Of a stretch of DNA of 64,000 nucleotides, positions 53,222-62,779 are shown piece by piece; the stretch's first letter is position 1, and each line of letters begins with the position of its first letter. This stretch comes from an uncultured bacterium (GTDB lineage: Bacteria; Verrucomicrobiota; Kiritimatiellia; PWTM01). Location of the stretch: assembly GCA_937139365.1 (NCBI GenBank), contig CAKZPT010000011.1, forward strand, positions 8,118 through 72,117. The letters run 5' to 3'. The notes under the pieces are model-generated. The model searched no databases, was not told the origin of the DNA, and saw only the letters and a program-made list of their open reading frames with translations. The position numbers and the translations under genes are program-made.

Positions 53222-53919
53222 TCGCCCGGTCCCTCCAGAATCGCGCCACGGCTGCCCGTCTGCTGGTCGGATGGGCGACCGCGATGGCGATCTGGACGGC
53301 TCTGCTGTGGTCGGCCCGCGATCTTTCGGGCGGGCCGCAATGGCCCGACATCGGGCCATGGCCTGCCCGGGTTGTTCGCGTGGGGATTCTCGCCCGTGGA
53401 TCTGCCGGCGCGCCTACCCCGGTGGAAATCTGGTCGCCTGCCTTGTTTTCGCTGCCCGATCCGCGCGGTTTTCATCCCGCGGAGGCCATGCCGGCGGCGA
53501 TCGGGCCGCCCGCCGAGCCGCCACCGCTTCCGCCGCCGTACCTCGGGCGCGCCCCGCGCCTGTCGCCGTGGGAGAACCCTTTCCTCCTTCCGTCCCGGCC
53601 GTTCGAGATGCCGCCCAGGGCCTGTTCCATGCCGCCGTCCGAGGGTGCGCTCGTCGTCGATGGCGGCCCGGCTCCGTCCTCCGCGCCGTTCCCGAAGTTG
53701 CCGCGCGATGCCGGCGGATGGATCGCCGACGCGGTCGTCGATGTCCACACCGATGGCGTGCCGATGAGGGTGTGGCTCGACGTGCCGGCGCTGGAGGCGG
53801 ACCTGCGGGCGGAGATGGTGCGGCAGTTGTACCTGTGGCGCTGGGCGCCGCAGGGCATGGCGTTCCGCGTCCGGCTCCGTCTGATCCCGCCCTCCGGCAC
53901 TCCGGAGAGAACGCAATGA
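53218..53919 (+). CDS. Divergent TonB-like energy-transducer candidate (TM segment, Pro-rich spacer, small C-terminal domain)
   Basis: TM segment LLVGWATAMAIWTALLW, Pro-rich PPAEPPPLPPPYLG...PFLLPSRPFEMPP, and C-terminal VVDVHTDGVPMRVWLDV...LRAEMVRQLYLWRWAP...VRLRLI resembling the TonB_C topology. GTGA overlap with exbD. Confidence 0.45.
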   Translation: MIARSLQNRATAARLLVGWATAMAIWTALLWSARDLSGGPQWPDIGPWPARVVRVGILARGSAGAPTPVEIWSPALFSLPDPRGFHPAEAMPAAIGPPAEPPPLPPPYLGRAPRLSPWENPFLLPSRPFEMPPRACSMPPSEGALVVDGGPAPSSAPFPKLPRDAGGWIADAVVDVHTDGVPMRVWLDVPALEADLRAEMVRQLYLWRWAPQGMAFRVRLRLIPPSGTPERTQ

Positions 53920-54137
53920 GCCTCCCGGAGGCGGTGGCGGCGACGACCGCCTGGGCGCTGGGGGGGTTGGCGGTGTTGTGGCTTCATTACGAGGTCAGCG
54001 GCGCGTGGCACCGGCGCCGGCGGCTGCCCTCCCTGTACCGTTGCGAGCGCTGTGCCGGTGTCTACGAGGACGGGCGGCGCGTGCCCTTGTCGGCCTGTCC
54101 ATACTGCGGCACTCTGAACGAAGCGGTGAAACGATGA
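53916..54137 (+). CDS. Membrane-anchored zinc-ribbon protein (73 aa)
   Basis: TM segment TTAWALGGLAVLWL, an RRRR stop-transfer, then CERC-x15-CPYC. It has 4-nt overlaps at both ends (53916-53919 and 54134-54137). Confidence 0.5.
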   Translation: MSLPEAVAATTAWALGGLAVLWLHYEVSGAWHRRRRLPSLYRCERCAGVYEDGRRVPLSACPYCGTLNEAVKR

Positions 54138-55438
54138 GCAACCTCCCTCCGTTGGTGGACCTGCGTCGGGGCGGGGCCTCGGACGACTTCGAACGGTTTC
54201 TCGAGGCGCCGCCGGTGGACCCGGCCGCCGAGGAGCTGGCGCGCCGCGTGCTCGAGCGCGTCCGCCGCGACGGCGACCGCGCCGTGGCGGAGTTCACGGC
54301 GCGGTTCAACGGCGTGCGCTTGACGCCGGAACGGTTTGCCGTGAGCGACGCCGAGCGGCGCGCCGCCGCGGACGCGGTGGGGCGGAGTTTCCGGCGTGCG
54401 GTCGGGGACGTCTTGCGCCGCGTACAAAGGTTTGCGCGGGCCGGGCTGCGCCCTTCGTGGGAAATCCGCGCCCCGCGCGGGGGACGGCTGGGCGAGCGAT
54501 TCGTCCCGTTGGGCCGCGTCGGGATCTATGTGCCGGCGGGCGCCTCGCCGCTGGCCTCGACCGCGCTGATGACTATCCCTTTGGCCGTGGTGGCGGGCGT
54601 GCCGGAGATCGTGGTCACAACGCCTTGCCACGCCGACGGTTCGCCGGATCCGCACCTCGTGTACGCGGCCGACCGAGCAGGCGCCACCGAGATCTATCGT
54701 CTCGGCGGCATCCAGGCCGTAGGGGCGCTGGCCTTCGGCACGGCGACGATCCGGCGGGTGGACAAGATCGTCGGACCGGGCGGGCCGTACGTCACCGCCG
54801 CAAAACGGTGCGTGTACGGCCGCGTGGCGCTCGACATGGTCGCCGGGCCGAGCGAGATCGCCGTGCTGGCCGACGCGGATGCCGATCCGCGATGGGTGGC
54901 GGCGGATCTGCTCTCGCAGGCCGAGCATGGCACGGGAAGGGAACGGACCCTCCTGGTGACCGTGTCCCTCGGGCTGGCGAAGGCGGTTTCGGAAGAACTC
55001 GTTCGCCAGGGCCGCCGGCTGCCAAGGTGGAACCTTGTGCGCCGTGTGCTGGTCCGCAGGTCGAGGGCGGTGTGCGTGTCCTCCATGGAACAGGGGGTGG
55101 AGACCATCAACCGGTTTGCGCCCGAGCACCTCGAAATCCTCGCTCGCCGTCCGCGCCGTTGGCTGGCCGGCATCCGCTGCGCCGGGGCGGTGTTTTTGGG
55201 GCGCTGGACACCGGAAAGCGCGGGCGATTTCGCTGCCGGCCCCAGTCACGTTCTACCCACGGGCGGAACCGCGCGGTTCTTCTCCGGCCTCACGGTCGAG
55301 GATTTCCGCCGGCGCATGAGCGTGATCGAGCTAACCCGCGCCGATTTGCAGGACATGCTGCCGGCCATCGAGGAATTCGCCCGCGTCGAGGATCTGCCGG
55401 CGCACGGCCGGTCGGCCCGGTCGCGTTTCGACATCTGA
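54134..55438 (+). CDS. hisD: Histidinol dehydrogenase
   Basis: GIYVPAGASPLASTALMT, GGIQAVGALAFGT, IVGPGGPYVTAAK, SQAEHG, APEHLEI, AGPSHVLPTGGTARF. Confidence 0.9.
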   Translation: MSNLPPLVDLRRGGASDDFERFLEAPPVDPAAEELARRVLERVRRDGDRAVAEFTARFNGVRLTPERFAVSDAERRAAADAVGRSFRRAVGDVLRRVQRFARAGLRPSWEIRAPRGGRLGERFVPLGRVGIYVPAGASPLASTALMTIPLAVVAGVPEIVVTTPCHADGSPDPHLVYAADRAGATEIYRLGGIQAVGALAFGTATIRRVDKIVGPGGPYVTAAKRCVYGRVALDMVAGPSEIAVLADADADPRWVAADLLSQAEHGTGRERTLLVTVSLGLAKAVSEELVRQGRRLPRWNLVRRVLVRRSRAVCVSSMEQGVETINRFAPEHLEILARRPRRWLAGIRCAGAVFLGRWTPESAGDFAAGPSHVLPTGGTARFFSGLTVEDFRRRMSVIELTRADLQDMLPAIEEFARVEDLPAHGRSARSRFDI

Positions 55439-55441
55439 CGT

Positions 55442-56584
55442 CTAGAACCGCACGACGAAGTCCACTTGGCCGAGGTCGTGCCGCGCGCCGCCCCGTGCCG
55501 GCCTGGAGGCGGCCATCCATGCCAGGGCGAGCCACGCGTGCTCGTGAACACGCCATCGAGCGTAGAGACGATGGCCGGAAACGTCGGTCCCACCGCCCCC
55601 GAAATCCGAATCGGCGAGCGCCGACGGCGTCGCGTCGGCCTCAAGCCGACGGAAGTTCCATCCGATTTCAATTCCGTGGACAGCCCGGGAACGGCCGAAC
55701 GAAACGCCGGCCAGCCAGCCGTCGCGCCGGCGATCGGCCGCGGTGTTCCGGACGACTTGGCCATACAGCGTAAGAGGCCACCAGGGATCCCACGCGAGCA
55801 AACCAAATGCCTCCGCAACCTCGTAGTCTTCGGCCAGCCGGCCGTTGCGCAAGGAATTGCCGCGGGCGGATGGTACTCCCAGCGGAGCGCGGCGGCCCTC
55901 CGGATCGTCGTGGCTGTGGAGGCCGATCCCACCCACGGCCCGCCAGGTGGGCGCTCGTCGCCATTCCAATGCAGCCTGACCGGCATAGAGGCGCCACTCC
56001 GGGTCGCTGGTCTCGACGAGGTGGAACGAGGCAAGACGGCCATGCCATTGCCATTCCCCCGCCGGCGACTCCCACGCCAGCGCCGCTCCCGTCGGCGACC
56101 AGTCCCCGTCGTAGACGAGGTCTTGCACGCACATCAGGGGTTGGGCCAGCCGGCCGGCCGAGATCCGCAGTCCGCGAACGAACGTCGGACCCCATCGTAC
56201 TTCGAGGCGTTGGAGGCGCAGCAGGGGATCGGCGGGTCCGTCGCCGATGATCCAATCGGGTTCGCGCGGATCGCCGCGGCGACCGGTGCCGGCGGCCACG
56301 TCGAGCGTCCAGCCCGTAGCCGGACTCCATTCCGATGAGCCGAGGGCCTTGAATCGACCGCGCGAATCCGCGTCGGCGGATGCCTCCTTCGCCGCCTCGG
56401 CGCGGAGCCTCAGGTCCAGGCGGAAGGCAGGGTCATCGGCGGAGACACCGCCGGCGGCAATCGCCGCGGCGATGACGGCACGGACGGTGGCTGGGCAGGA
56501 GAAGAGACGGCGAAGAAAGGCGGACAGGGCGGCGATCACAGCGGCCGATCCAGGGCAATAAACATCCTTACCTGGCGTCCGCAC
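55442..56584 (-). CDS. Outer-membrane beta-barrel, putative porin
   Basis: N-terminal hydrophobic leader, Trp/Gly/Asp-rich alternating strands, C-terminal ...GQVDFVVRF ending in Phe. Confidence 0.55.
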   Translation of the reverse strand: MRTPGKDVYCPGSAAVIAALSAFLRRLFSCPATVRAVIAAAIAAGGVSADDPAFRLDLRLRAEAAKEASADADSRGRFKALGSSEWSPATGWTLDVAAGTGRRGDPREPDWIIGDGPADPLLRLQRLEVRWGPTFVRGLRISAGRLAQPLMCVQDLVYDGDWSPTGAALAWESPAGEWQWHGRLASFHLVETSDPEWRLYAGQAALEWRRAPTWRAVGGIGLHSHDDPEGRRAPLGVPSARGNSLRNGRLAEDYEVAEAFGLLAWDPWWPLTLYGQVVRNTAADRRRDGWLAGVSFGRSRAVHGIEIGWNFRRLEADATPSALADSDFGGGGTDVSGHRLYARWRVHEHAWLALAWMAASRPARGGARHDLGQVDFVVRF

Positions 56585-58184
56585 CCTGTACGATCACCTT
56601 GATTTTAAGCGAACCCCGGTTGTCTCGCCGCCAGGCGGGGTCGGCCACCTCGTTGATGTCGAACAGGAGCGGTCCGTCGTCACTGGCGATGAATCCGCGG
56701 AGGTTCCCAACGTTGGCGATTCGGTTGGTGCCGATACGGGCCAGCAGACACCCATAGGGTGCGCCCTCGAGCTGTCTGGGGCTGTTGCGCGGATCGAGGT
56801 AATAGTGGCTGAACCTCGTCAGGGAAGGGTCGTAGCCGGCCGGGCCGGCGAGTTCTCCTTGCCGGCCGCATCCCCATTCGCCCTCGACCGCCAGGCGCAC
56901 GCGATCCCCTTTCTTCACGGCGATCCCGGTGTCGGCCCAGATCTTCTGCGGATCCACGGTCACCGTGCGTCCCGGCAGATTCTTGATCGGCGCCAGGCGC
57001 ACCGCGATCGCCGCGTTGGAGATCACGCGGAACGCGCCGACCTCCGTGTCCTGATACCCTTCCAGACTCAGCCGGATCGCATAAGTGCCCGACGGCAGGT
57101 GAAGGGTGCACGGCGTCACGGCTTCACGGGCGCCGTCCCGGTAGGGCTGGCCGTTGACATGCACCCGGGCGCCGGGCGGGTCGGTTTTCACTGGCACGGC
57201 GATCAGCGCCGCCGAGGAGTACTCGATCTCGAACACGGTCTCCGATGGGACGCGGACAGGCATCCGCGTGCGGAAGGACAGACGACCGTCGTTCTGTCGC
57301 GATGGCCATTCGATGACGTCCACGATGTCCGCTGAATCCACGCGGCGGAGCCTCCACGAATAGTCGCCGGGCTCGACCGCCCGTTCTTGCTCGTACACCC
57401 ATTCGATTGTCCGGCCCACGATGGGGTTCGGTTTGCTGCCGGTGCGCCGCCCCGGCGGTCCGAAGAGCTGGACCTCGAAGACGTCGGGACCGTGTGAGCC
57501 CGCCTTCCAGGTGCCGACGCGGACCCAGTTGGCGCCGAGGCGGGACTGGGCGAAATGCTCTGGCGGCGGCTCGGTCGCACGCGATGGTGCAGCCGGCGTC
57601 GCATCCAGGGGGGCGGCGGGGCCGTTGGTGGGCCCGCCGGCGGGCGGAGGCGGCGGGGCGGCCGGGGGCGACTCGGTCAGCCAGGTCCGGAAGCGGGCTG
57701 CGAGGGCCTCCGGTTCGGCGGACACTTCAACGCCGGCTCGGGCGGCGGCGTCGCGGAATTTTCCGGCCGCCTCCAACTCTGCCTCCCGCTGCCGGTTTTC
57801 CCGTTCCATGTCGAGCGCGGCCAAGCGTTCGCGGAGCCGCGCCATCTCGTCCGTCAGGTCGCGGCGGACCTCGGTCGGCAGTTCCACACGGCCGCCCTGG
57901 GCCGCCTGTTCCAGCGCTTTGCGGAGGATCTGCAGGGCATCCTCCGCGATGGCGATGCCGCGGACGTTACGGGTCCGCCGGCGCTGGGCGAGTTCGCCGT
58001 CCCATCGCGCGATTTCATCGCGCAGGGCGGCCGCCGTCGGTTCGCCGAGCCGGGCACGGATCGCCGCAAGCTCGTTCGACAGTTGCGTCCGCAGCGTTAT
58101 CATCGCGGGGGAAAACAGAGCAGGCTCCGCCGCGGCGGCCGCCGCGGCGGCCGCCAGCAGGATGACGGGCAGTCGCAGGTTCAT
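56568..58184 (-). CDS. Exported coiled-coil protein with a PEGA domain and a C-terminal PA-IL/LecA-like beta-sandwich
   Basis: Signal peptide MNLRLPVILLAAAAAAAAA, a ~170-aa coiled coil, a Pro-rich linker, a PEGA-type module (VKTDPPGARVHVNGQPY...LPSGTYAIRLSLEGYQD) and a lectin-like tail (WADTGIAVKKGDRVRLAVEGEW...GPAGY...NRGSLKIKV). Confidence 0.6.
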   Translation of the reverse strand: MNLRLPVILLAAAAAAAAAEPALFSPAMITLRTQLSNELAAIRARLGEPTAAALRDEIARWDGELAQRRRTRNVRGIAIAEDALQILRKALEQAAQGGRVELPTEVRRDLTDEMARLRERLAALDMERENRQREAELEAAGKFRDAAARAGVEVSAEPEALAARFRTWLTESPPAAPPPPPAGGPTNGPAAPLDATPAAPSRATEPPPEHFAQSRLGANWVRVGTWKAGSHGPDVFEVQLFGPPGRRTGSKPNPIVGRTIEWVYEQERAVEPGDYSWRLRRVDSADIVDVIEWPSRQNDGRLSFRTRMPVRVPSETVFEIEYSSAALIAVPVKTDPPGARVHVNGQPYRDGAREAVTPCTLHLPSGTYAIRLSLEGYQDTEVGAFRVISNAAIAVRLAPIKNLPGRTVTVDPQKIWADTGIAVKKGDRVRLAVEGEWGCGRQGELAGPAGYDPSLTRFSHYYLDPRNSPRQLEGAPYGCLLARIGTNRIANVGNLRGFIASDDGPLLFDINEVADPAWRRDNRGSLKIKVIVQGADAR

Positions 58185-58723
58185 CGGCCGGGGGAGGATC
58201 GCAGGGGCGGTAGACCGTATTTGTCGCGCGGCTCGCCCGAAGTGACCTTCGGCTGCTGCGGCCCGGCGCCGGGTCGGCCCTCGATCGTCCAGACGACCTC
58301 GCCGCCGACGTAGGCCTTGATCACGACTTTGTGGATCGTCACCGGTGCCTGGGCCACGAACAAGGTTTCCCCAAAGGCTTCCTGCAACTGCTGCACGCCG
58401 ATCGGCACCCAGAAACTGATGTACTTGTCGAGCGCCTCGACGAACCGGACGCCGCGCTCGCGATGAGTGAACACGGCGGGCTCCACCACGCGGCGGCGTT
58501 GTCGGCCCGCGGAATCGGTCTGCACGTACTCCTGGCGCAGTACGCTCTCGAACACGAGGAGTTCGACATTGCGGGTTTCGCCGGGCGTGAACCGAACGGT
58601 GACGACCTGCTTGCCCGAAACCGGCTCGCCGTCAAGCTTGATGTCGAACTCGCGAACCGGCGCCGCCTGCGCGATCCCCGCAGCCAAGGCCGGCGCGGCC
58701 AGCCATGCCATCCGTCGCCTCAT
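58181..58723 (-). CDS. Hypothetical exported protein (180 aa)
   Basis: Signal peptide MRRRMAWLAAPALAAGIAQA and a beta-rich body. The stop overlaps the next ATG (ATGA). I recognise no family. Confidence 0.5.
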   Translation of the reverse strand: MRRRMAWLAAPALAAGIAQAAPVREFDIKLDGEPVSGKQVVTVRFTPGETRNVELLVFESVLRQEYVQTDSAGRQRRRVVEPAVFTHRERGVRFVEALDKYISFWVPIGVQQLQEAFGETLFVAQAPVTIHKVVIKAYVGGEVVWTIEGRPGAGPQQPKVTSGEPRDKYGLPPLRSSPGR

Positions 58724-58745
58724 CGTGAAGTCTCCGCGCCAGATT

Positions 58746-61700
58746 CTACGCGATCGGGGGCGGTCTTTCCATCCCCGCGCCGAGGAGGCGCTCCTCCGCC
58801 AGCCGGCGCAGGCCGCGGACATCGAGTTTTCCGGTGGCGGTCACCGGGATCTGGTCGACGCGGACGAAGGCCTGGCGATCCGGCTTCCATAGGTTGGGCA
58901 GGTCGCTGCGCTGAAGTAGCTCATGGAGCGCCGCGGGGTCGCCCGCCGCGTCCGTGTGCAGAACGACCAACCTCTCGCCGCGGCGGTCGTCGGGGACGGC
59001 GGTGACCGCCAACACAGGTTCGGTCGTTCCGAGCGCGCGCAAACACGCCTCCTCCACGGCTGTGTGCGGGACCATTTCCCCGCCGATTTTGCTGAAGCGC
59101 GCCAGCCGGTCCACGATGCCGATGAAGCCATCGGCGTCGACGGTGGCGATGTCACCCGTGGAATACCACCCGTCCCGGATGACCTCGGCCGTTAGGTCGG
59201 GGCGGCCGAGGTAGCCGATCATGACGTTGGGCCCGCGTACGAGGAGCAGACCGGGGGAGCCGGGGGGAAGCGGTTGCCGGGTCGCGGGGTCCACGACGCG
59301 CACGGCCACCCCGGGAATGGGACGGCCGACGCTGCCCGGTTTCCAGCCGATCTCGGCCGAGTCGCCCGCGGCGGCGTGCGGGATGCTCAGCGCGACGACC
59401 GGCGAAAGCTCCGTCGTGCCGTAGCCTTCCATCGGCCGAATGCCGAACCTCCGCTCGACCTCGTCGGCGACGGACGCCTTCAGCTTTTCTGCTCCCGTGA
59501 TGAGCCAACGGAGAGTTCGAAAATCTTCGGGCGCGGCCTTGCGTAGAAAACCGATCAGGAAGGTCGGGGTGGTGAACAAAGCGGTGCAGCGCTCTTCGCG
59601 GATGAGCTGGGCGATGCGGGCGGCGTCGAGCGGACTGGGGTGGTAATGCGCGCAGATGCCGGCCAGCACCGGAAACCAGAGGCCGCAGGTGTAGCCGAAC
59701 GAGTGGAACAGAGGCAGCGAGGCGGCCAGCGCCTCGTCGCGACGGGCGCGGAAGGCCAACATGAGCCCTTCGATATTGGAGAGCAGGTTGTGGTGGCTGA
59801 GCATCACCCCCTTCGGCTCACCCGTGGTACCGGAGGAGAAGATGATCGTCGCGGCGTCGTCCGCATGGAAGCCGCGGGCCGGCGCCAGCCAACTGGCGGG
59901 CGCCGCCAACGCGGTCACCGCGGCGGCGAGGCGGCGTGCGGGCGTGATCTCCTGGGCAAGGTCTTCCAGATAAAGGACGCCGGGCGGTTCGGCGGGAAGG
60001 CGCACACGGTCGAGGAAGGCGCGGGACGTGATCGTGGTGCGGATTCCGGCCTGACGAAGGGCCGAACGGAACGATTCGGCGGAAACGGTGAAGTTCAGGT
60101 TGACCGAGGCGCGACGCAGCAGGGCCAGGGCGAGGTTGACGAGCGCGCCTCCGACGGATGGCGGAAGCAGCACCGCCACCGCCGGCTGCTCCCGCACGCG
60201 CGGCGCCAGCCGACGGGCCAGCGCGATGGTCGCGATCAGTGCGCGCCCGGCGGTGAGTCGGCGCCCCAGCGTATCGGTCATCGCCAGCCGGCCCCAGTTG
60301 CGGCGCGCGGCCCGCACCCACGCCTGACCCAGAGGGCGGCGGCGGGGCTTGAGGTCCTCGAAGTAGCCGCAGGACAACTCCTGCACCGCACGGTGGACCT
60401 CGGCGGCGGTGGCCGAGGAGGGCATCGGCGGCCCGAAGCTGATCGTCACGGGGTAGGGAATGCGAATGGGCACCCTGGCGTGAAAGCGGGGATGATAATG
60501 GCTGAACAGGCTCCCCCAGGTGCCGCCGATGTGGACGGGAATGATCGGGTGTGCGGTGCCGCGGACGACCCGCTCGAAGCCGGGGCGGAAGCCGCCGATC
60601 AGACCGGTACGGGTCAAGGCGCCCTCCGCGAAAATGCACACCATGAACCCCTCGTCCAGGGCCTGCCGCGCCGCCTGCAACGACTCGACCAGCCGGCGCG
60701 GCGGATCGTCGGATGCGATCGGTATGCATCGCATCAATCGAAACAGCGCGCGCAACGGGTGACGTTCGTAGATGGACCGGTGCATCAGGAAGCGGATCCG
60801 CCGCTGCTGGCAGGCGAGGATCTGAAGGGCATCGAGGTAGGAGACATGGTTGGCCACCAGCAACGCCCCCCCCTCCAGCGGCAGATGATCCAGGCCGAGC
60901 GCGCGAATCCGGTAGATCGTGCGGGTGATCACCACGGCGGCGAAACGCACGACAAAGTCCGGCAGCACGGCCAGCGCCACTGCCGTCATGAGGATGGTCA
61001 GAGAGCCCATCGCCAGAAAGCCCTGCGCGGGCGTGAGCGTGGCGACCCGGTGCAGGAGCAACATTAGGCCCGAGCCGATCAGCACGCCGATCCAGCTCAG
61101 AAATCCGTTGGCGGCGATGACTCCACCGAGCCGGTCGCGCGGACAGCGAAACTGAATGAACGCTTCGATCGGCACGATGAACAAGCCCGCCCCGGCGCCG
61201 GCGGTGACCGCCAGGGCCAGGGCGGCCGGAGGCCGACCGGTCAGGCCGATGCCGATCGCGGAGGCCGCCAATAACGCCGCGCCGGCCGGCACGACGCCGA
61301 ACTCGATGTTGCGGCCGGACCAGTGCCCGGCCAGCAGCGCCCCCGCGCCAATGCCGATCGCGGCGCCGGCGAACAGGAAGCCGCTGTCCACTTCGCTCCA
61401 TCCGAGATGGGCGATGCCGTAGGGGATCATGTTCAACTGGAGGTAGGCGCCGACGAGCGAGAAATACGCCGAGGCGGCGATCGCCAGCAGCAGGTACCGG
61501 TCCTGCCGGACCGAGCGGAGCGGTCGGATGACGTCGTTCAGGAAGAACCATGAGGGCTGGTGGTCTGCGGCGGCGGGGGGAACGCGGGCGATGCCGAACG
61601 AGGCCGCCGCGCCGAGCCCGGCCACGGCAACGCACGCCCAGGCCGCCGCGACGATGCGGCCATCGAGAGCGCGCACGAGCGCCGGGGCGCCGAACGTACC

Positions 61701-62174
61701 ACAGATGATCGCAAGGTAGGTCATCATTACGATCCGGCCGTTGGCCGGCGACAACTGATCGCGACGGACGAGTTCGGGAATGATGCCGTACTTGGCCGGA
61801 CCGAAGAGCGCGCTCTGCGCGGCCATAAGGAACAGGGCGGCATACGCCGCCGCCGCGCGACCGCTGGCGAGAGCGGCGACGCCGCCCAGCATCACGAAGA
61901 CCTCGAGGATCTTGGCGAGGATGATTACGGTTCGCTTGCTCACGCGATCGGCCAGAACTCCGGCCGCCGGCGTGAAGAGCAGAAAGGGCAGCGCGAACAA
62001 CAAGCCCGCCATCCCCGCCGCGCCCGAGCTGGCCTGGGGGCCGAGCATGCGGATGAGCGAAAAGGTGACCAGCAGTTTGAAGATGTTGTCGTTGAGGGCA
62101 CCGAGGAATTGCGTCAGGTTGAGCCACCGGAAGGACGGCGGTAACCGCGGCGGCGGGGCGGGGCTCACGCCCAT
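58746..62174 (-). CDS. aas: Fused lysophospholipid transporter (MFS, LplT-like) / 2-acyl-GPE acyltransferase / acyl-ACP synthetase (Aas-like)
   Basis: About 12 N-terminal TM helices (NLTQFLGALNDNIFK...). PlsC-type HX4D motif (ANHVSYLDAL). AMP-binding motifs (IIFSSGTTGEPKGVMLSH, TGDIATVDADGF, GGEMVPH). Confidence 0.85.
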   Translation of the reverse strand: MGVSPAPPPRLPPSFRWLNLTQFLGALNDNIFKLLVTFSLIRMLGPQASSGAAGMAGLLFALPFLLFTPAAGVLADRVSKRTVIILAKILEVFVMLGGVAALASGRAAAAYAALFLMAAQSALFGPAKYGIIPELVRRDQLSPANGRIVMMTYLAIICGTFGAPALVRALDGRIVAAAWACVAVAGLGAAASFGIARVPPAAADHQPSWFFLNDVIRPLRSVRQDRYLLLAIAASAYFSLVGAYLQLNMIPYGIAHLGWSEVDSGFLFAGAAIGIGAGALLAGHWSGRNIEFGVVPAGAALLAASAIGIGLTGRPPAALALAVTAGAGAGLFIVPIEAFIQFRCPRDRLGGVIAANGFLSWIGVLIGSGLMLLLHRVATLTPAQGFLAMGSLTILMTAVALAVLPDFVVRFAAVVITRTIYRIRALGLDHLPLEGGALLVANHVSYLDALQILACQQRRIRFLMHRSIYERHPLRALFRLMRCIPIASDDPPRRLVESLQAARQALDEGFMVCIFAEGALTRTGLIGGFRPGFERVVRGTAHPIIPVHIGGTWGSLFSHYHPRFHARVPIRIPYPVTISFGPPMPSSATAAEVHRAVQELSCGYFEDLKPRRRPLGQAWVRAARRNWGRLAMTDTLGRRLTAGRALIATIALARRLAPRVREQPAVAVLLPPSVGGALVNLALALLRRASVNLNFTVSAESFRSALRQAGIRTTITSRAFLDRVRLPAEPPGVLYLEDLAQEITPARRLAAAVTALAAPASWLAPARGFHADDAATIIFSSGTTGEPKGVMLSHHNLLSNIEGLMLAFRARRDEALAASLPLFHSFGYTCGLWFPVLAGICAHYHPSPLDAARIAQLIREERCTALFTTPTFLIGFLRKAAPEDFRTLRWLITGAEKLKASVADEVERRFGIRPMEGYGTTELSPVVALSIPHAAAGDSAEIGWKPGSVGRPIPGVAVRVVDPATRQPLPPGSPGLLLVRGPNVMIGYLGRPDLTAEVIRDGWYSTGDIATVDADGFIGIVDRLARFSKIGGEMVPHTAVEEACLRALGTTEPVLAVTAVPDDRRGERLVVLHTDAAGDPAALHELLQRSDLPNLWKPDRQAFVRVDQIPVTATGKLDVRGLRRLAEERLLGAGMERPPPIA

Positions 62175-62332
62175 GGGCAAGCTCCCCCGGAGCGTCGGCC
62201 GGCGAGGCGGGCGGCGTGGAGCCGTGGCGGTCGGGTGGCCATGATGGCGCCCCCGAGAACCTAACGGCACGTTGGCCGGGACGCAAGCCAGCGCGCTTTT
62301 CAGCGCGGGAAGCGTCGGCTACAACACCGGTC

Positions 62333-62779
62333 GTGAAGTGGATCGTTCGAGAATGTCGGACCCAATCGGCCGAGGAGACGGCCGCCGAAGGGGAGAGGCT
62401 CGGCCGGCGGCTGAAGCGGGGCGATGTCGTCGCTCTGTTTGGCAATCTGGGGTCGGGCAAGACCGTGTTTATCCGGGGGATGTGTCGCGCATTAGGGGTG
62501 ACGTGCGGGGTGCACAGCCCGACGTTTTCGATGGTGCACGAATATGCGGGACACGTGCCGGTGTTCCATGTGGACCTGTACCGCGTGGGTGGGTGGGCCG
62601 ACGTGGCGTCGCTGGGTCTGGATGAGGCGTGGCGGGTGGGCGCGATCATGGCCGTCGAATGGGCGGAGCGGGCGGGGGATGCCCTGCCGGCTGGCGCGAT
62701 CCGCGTGGAGCTCCTTCACGGGGATGGCGAAAACGAGCGGCGGATCCGCGTGGTGGAGTTGGAGGCCGGCGAGGCATGA
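62333..62779 (+). CDS. tsaE: tRNA t6A37 biosynthesis ATPase TsaE
   Basis: LFGNLGSGKTVFIRGMC (Walker A), SPTFSMVHEY, HVDLYR, EWAE. Confidence 0.8.
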   Translation: MKWIVRECRTQSAEETAAEGERLGRRLKRGDVVALFGNLGSGKTVFIRGMCRALGVTCGVHSPTFSMVHEYAGHVPVFHVDLYRVGGWADVASLGLDEAWRVGAIMAVEWAERAGDALPAGAIRVELLHGDGENERRIRVVELEAGEA

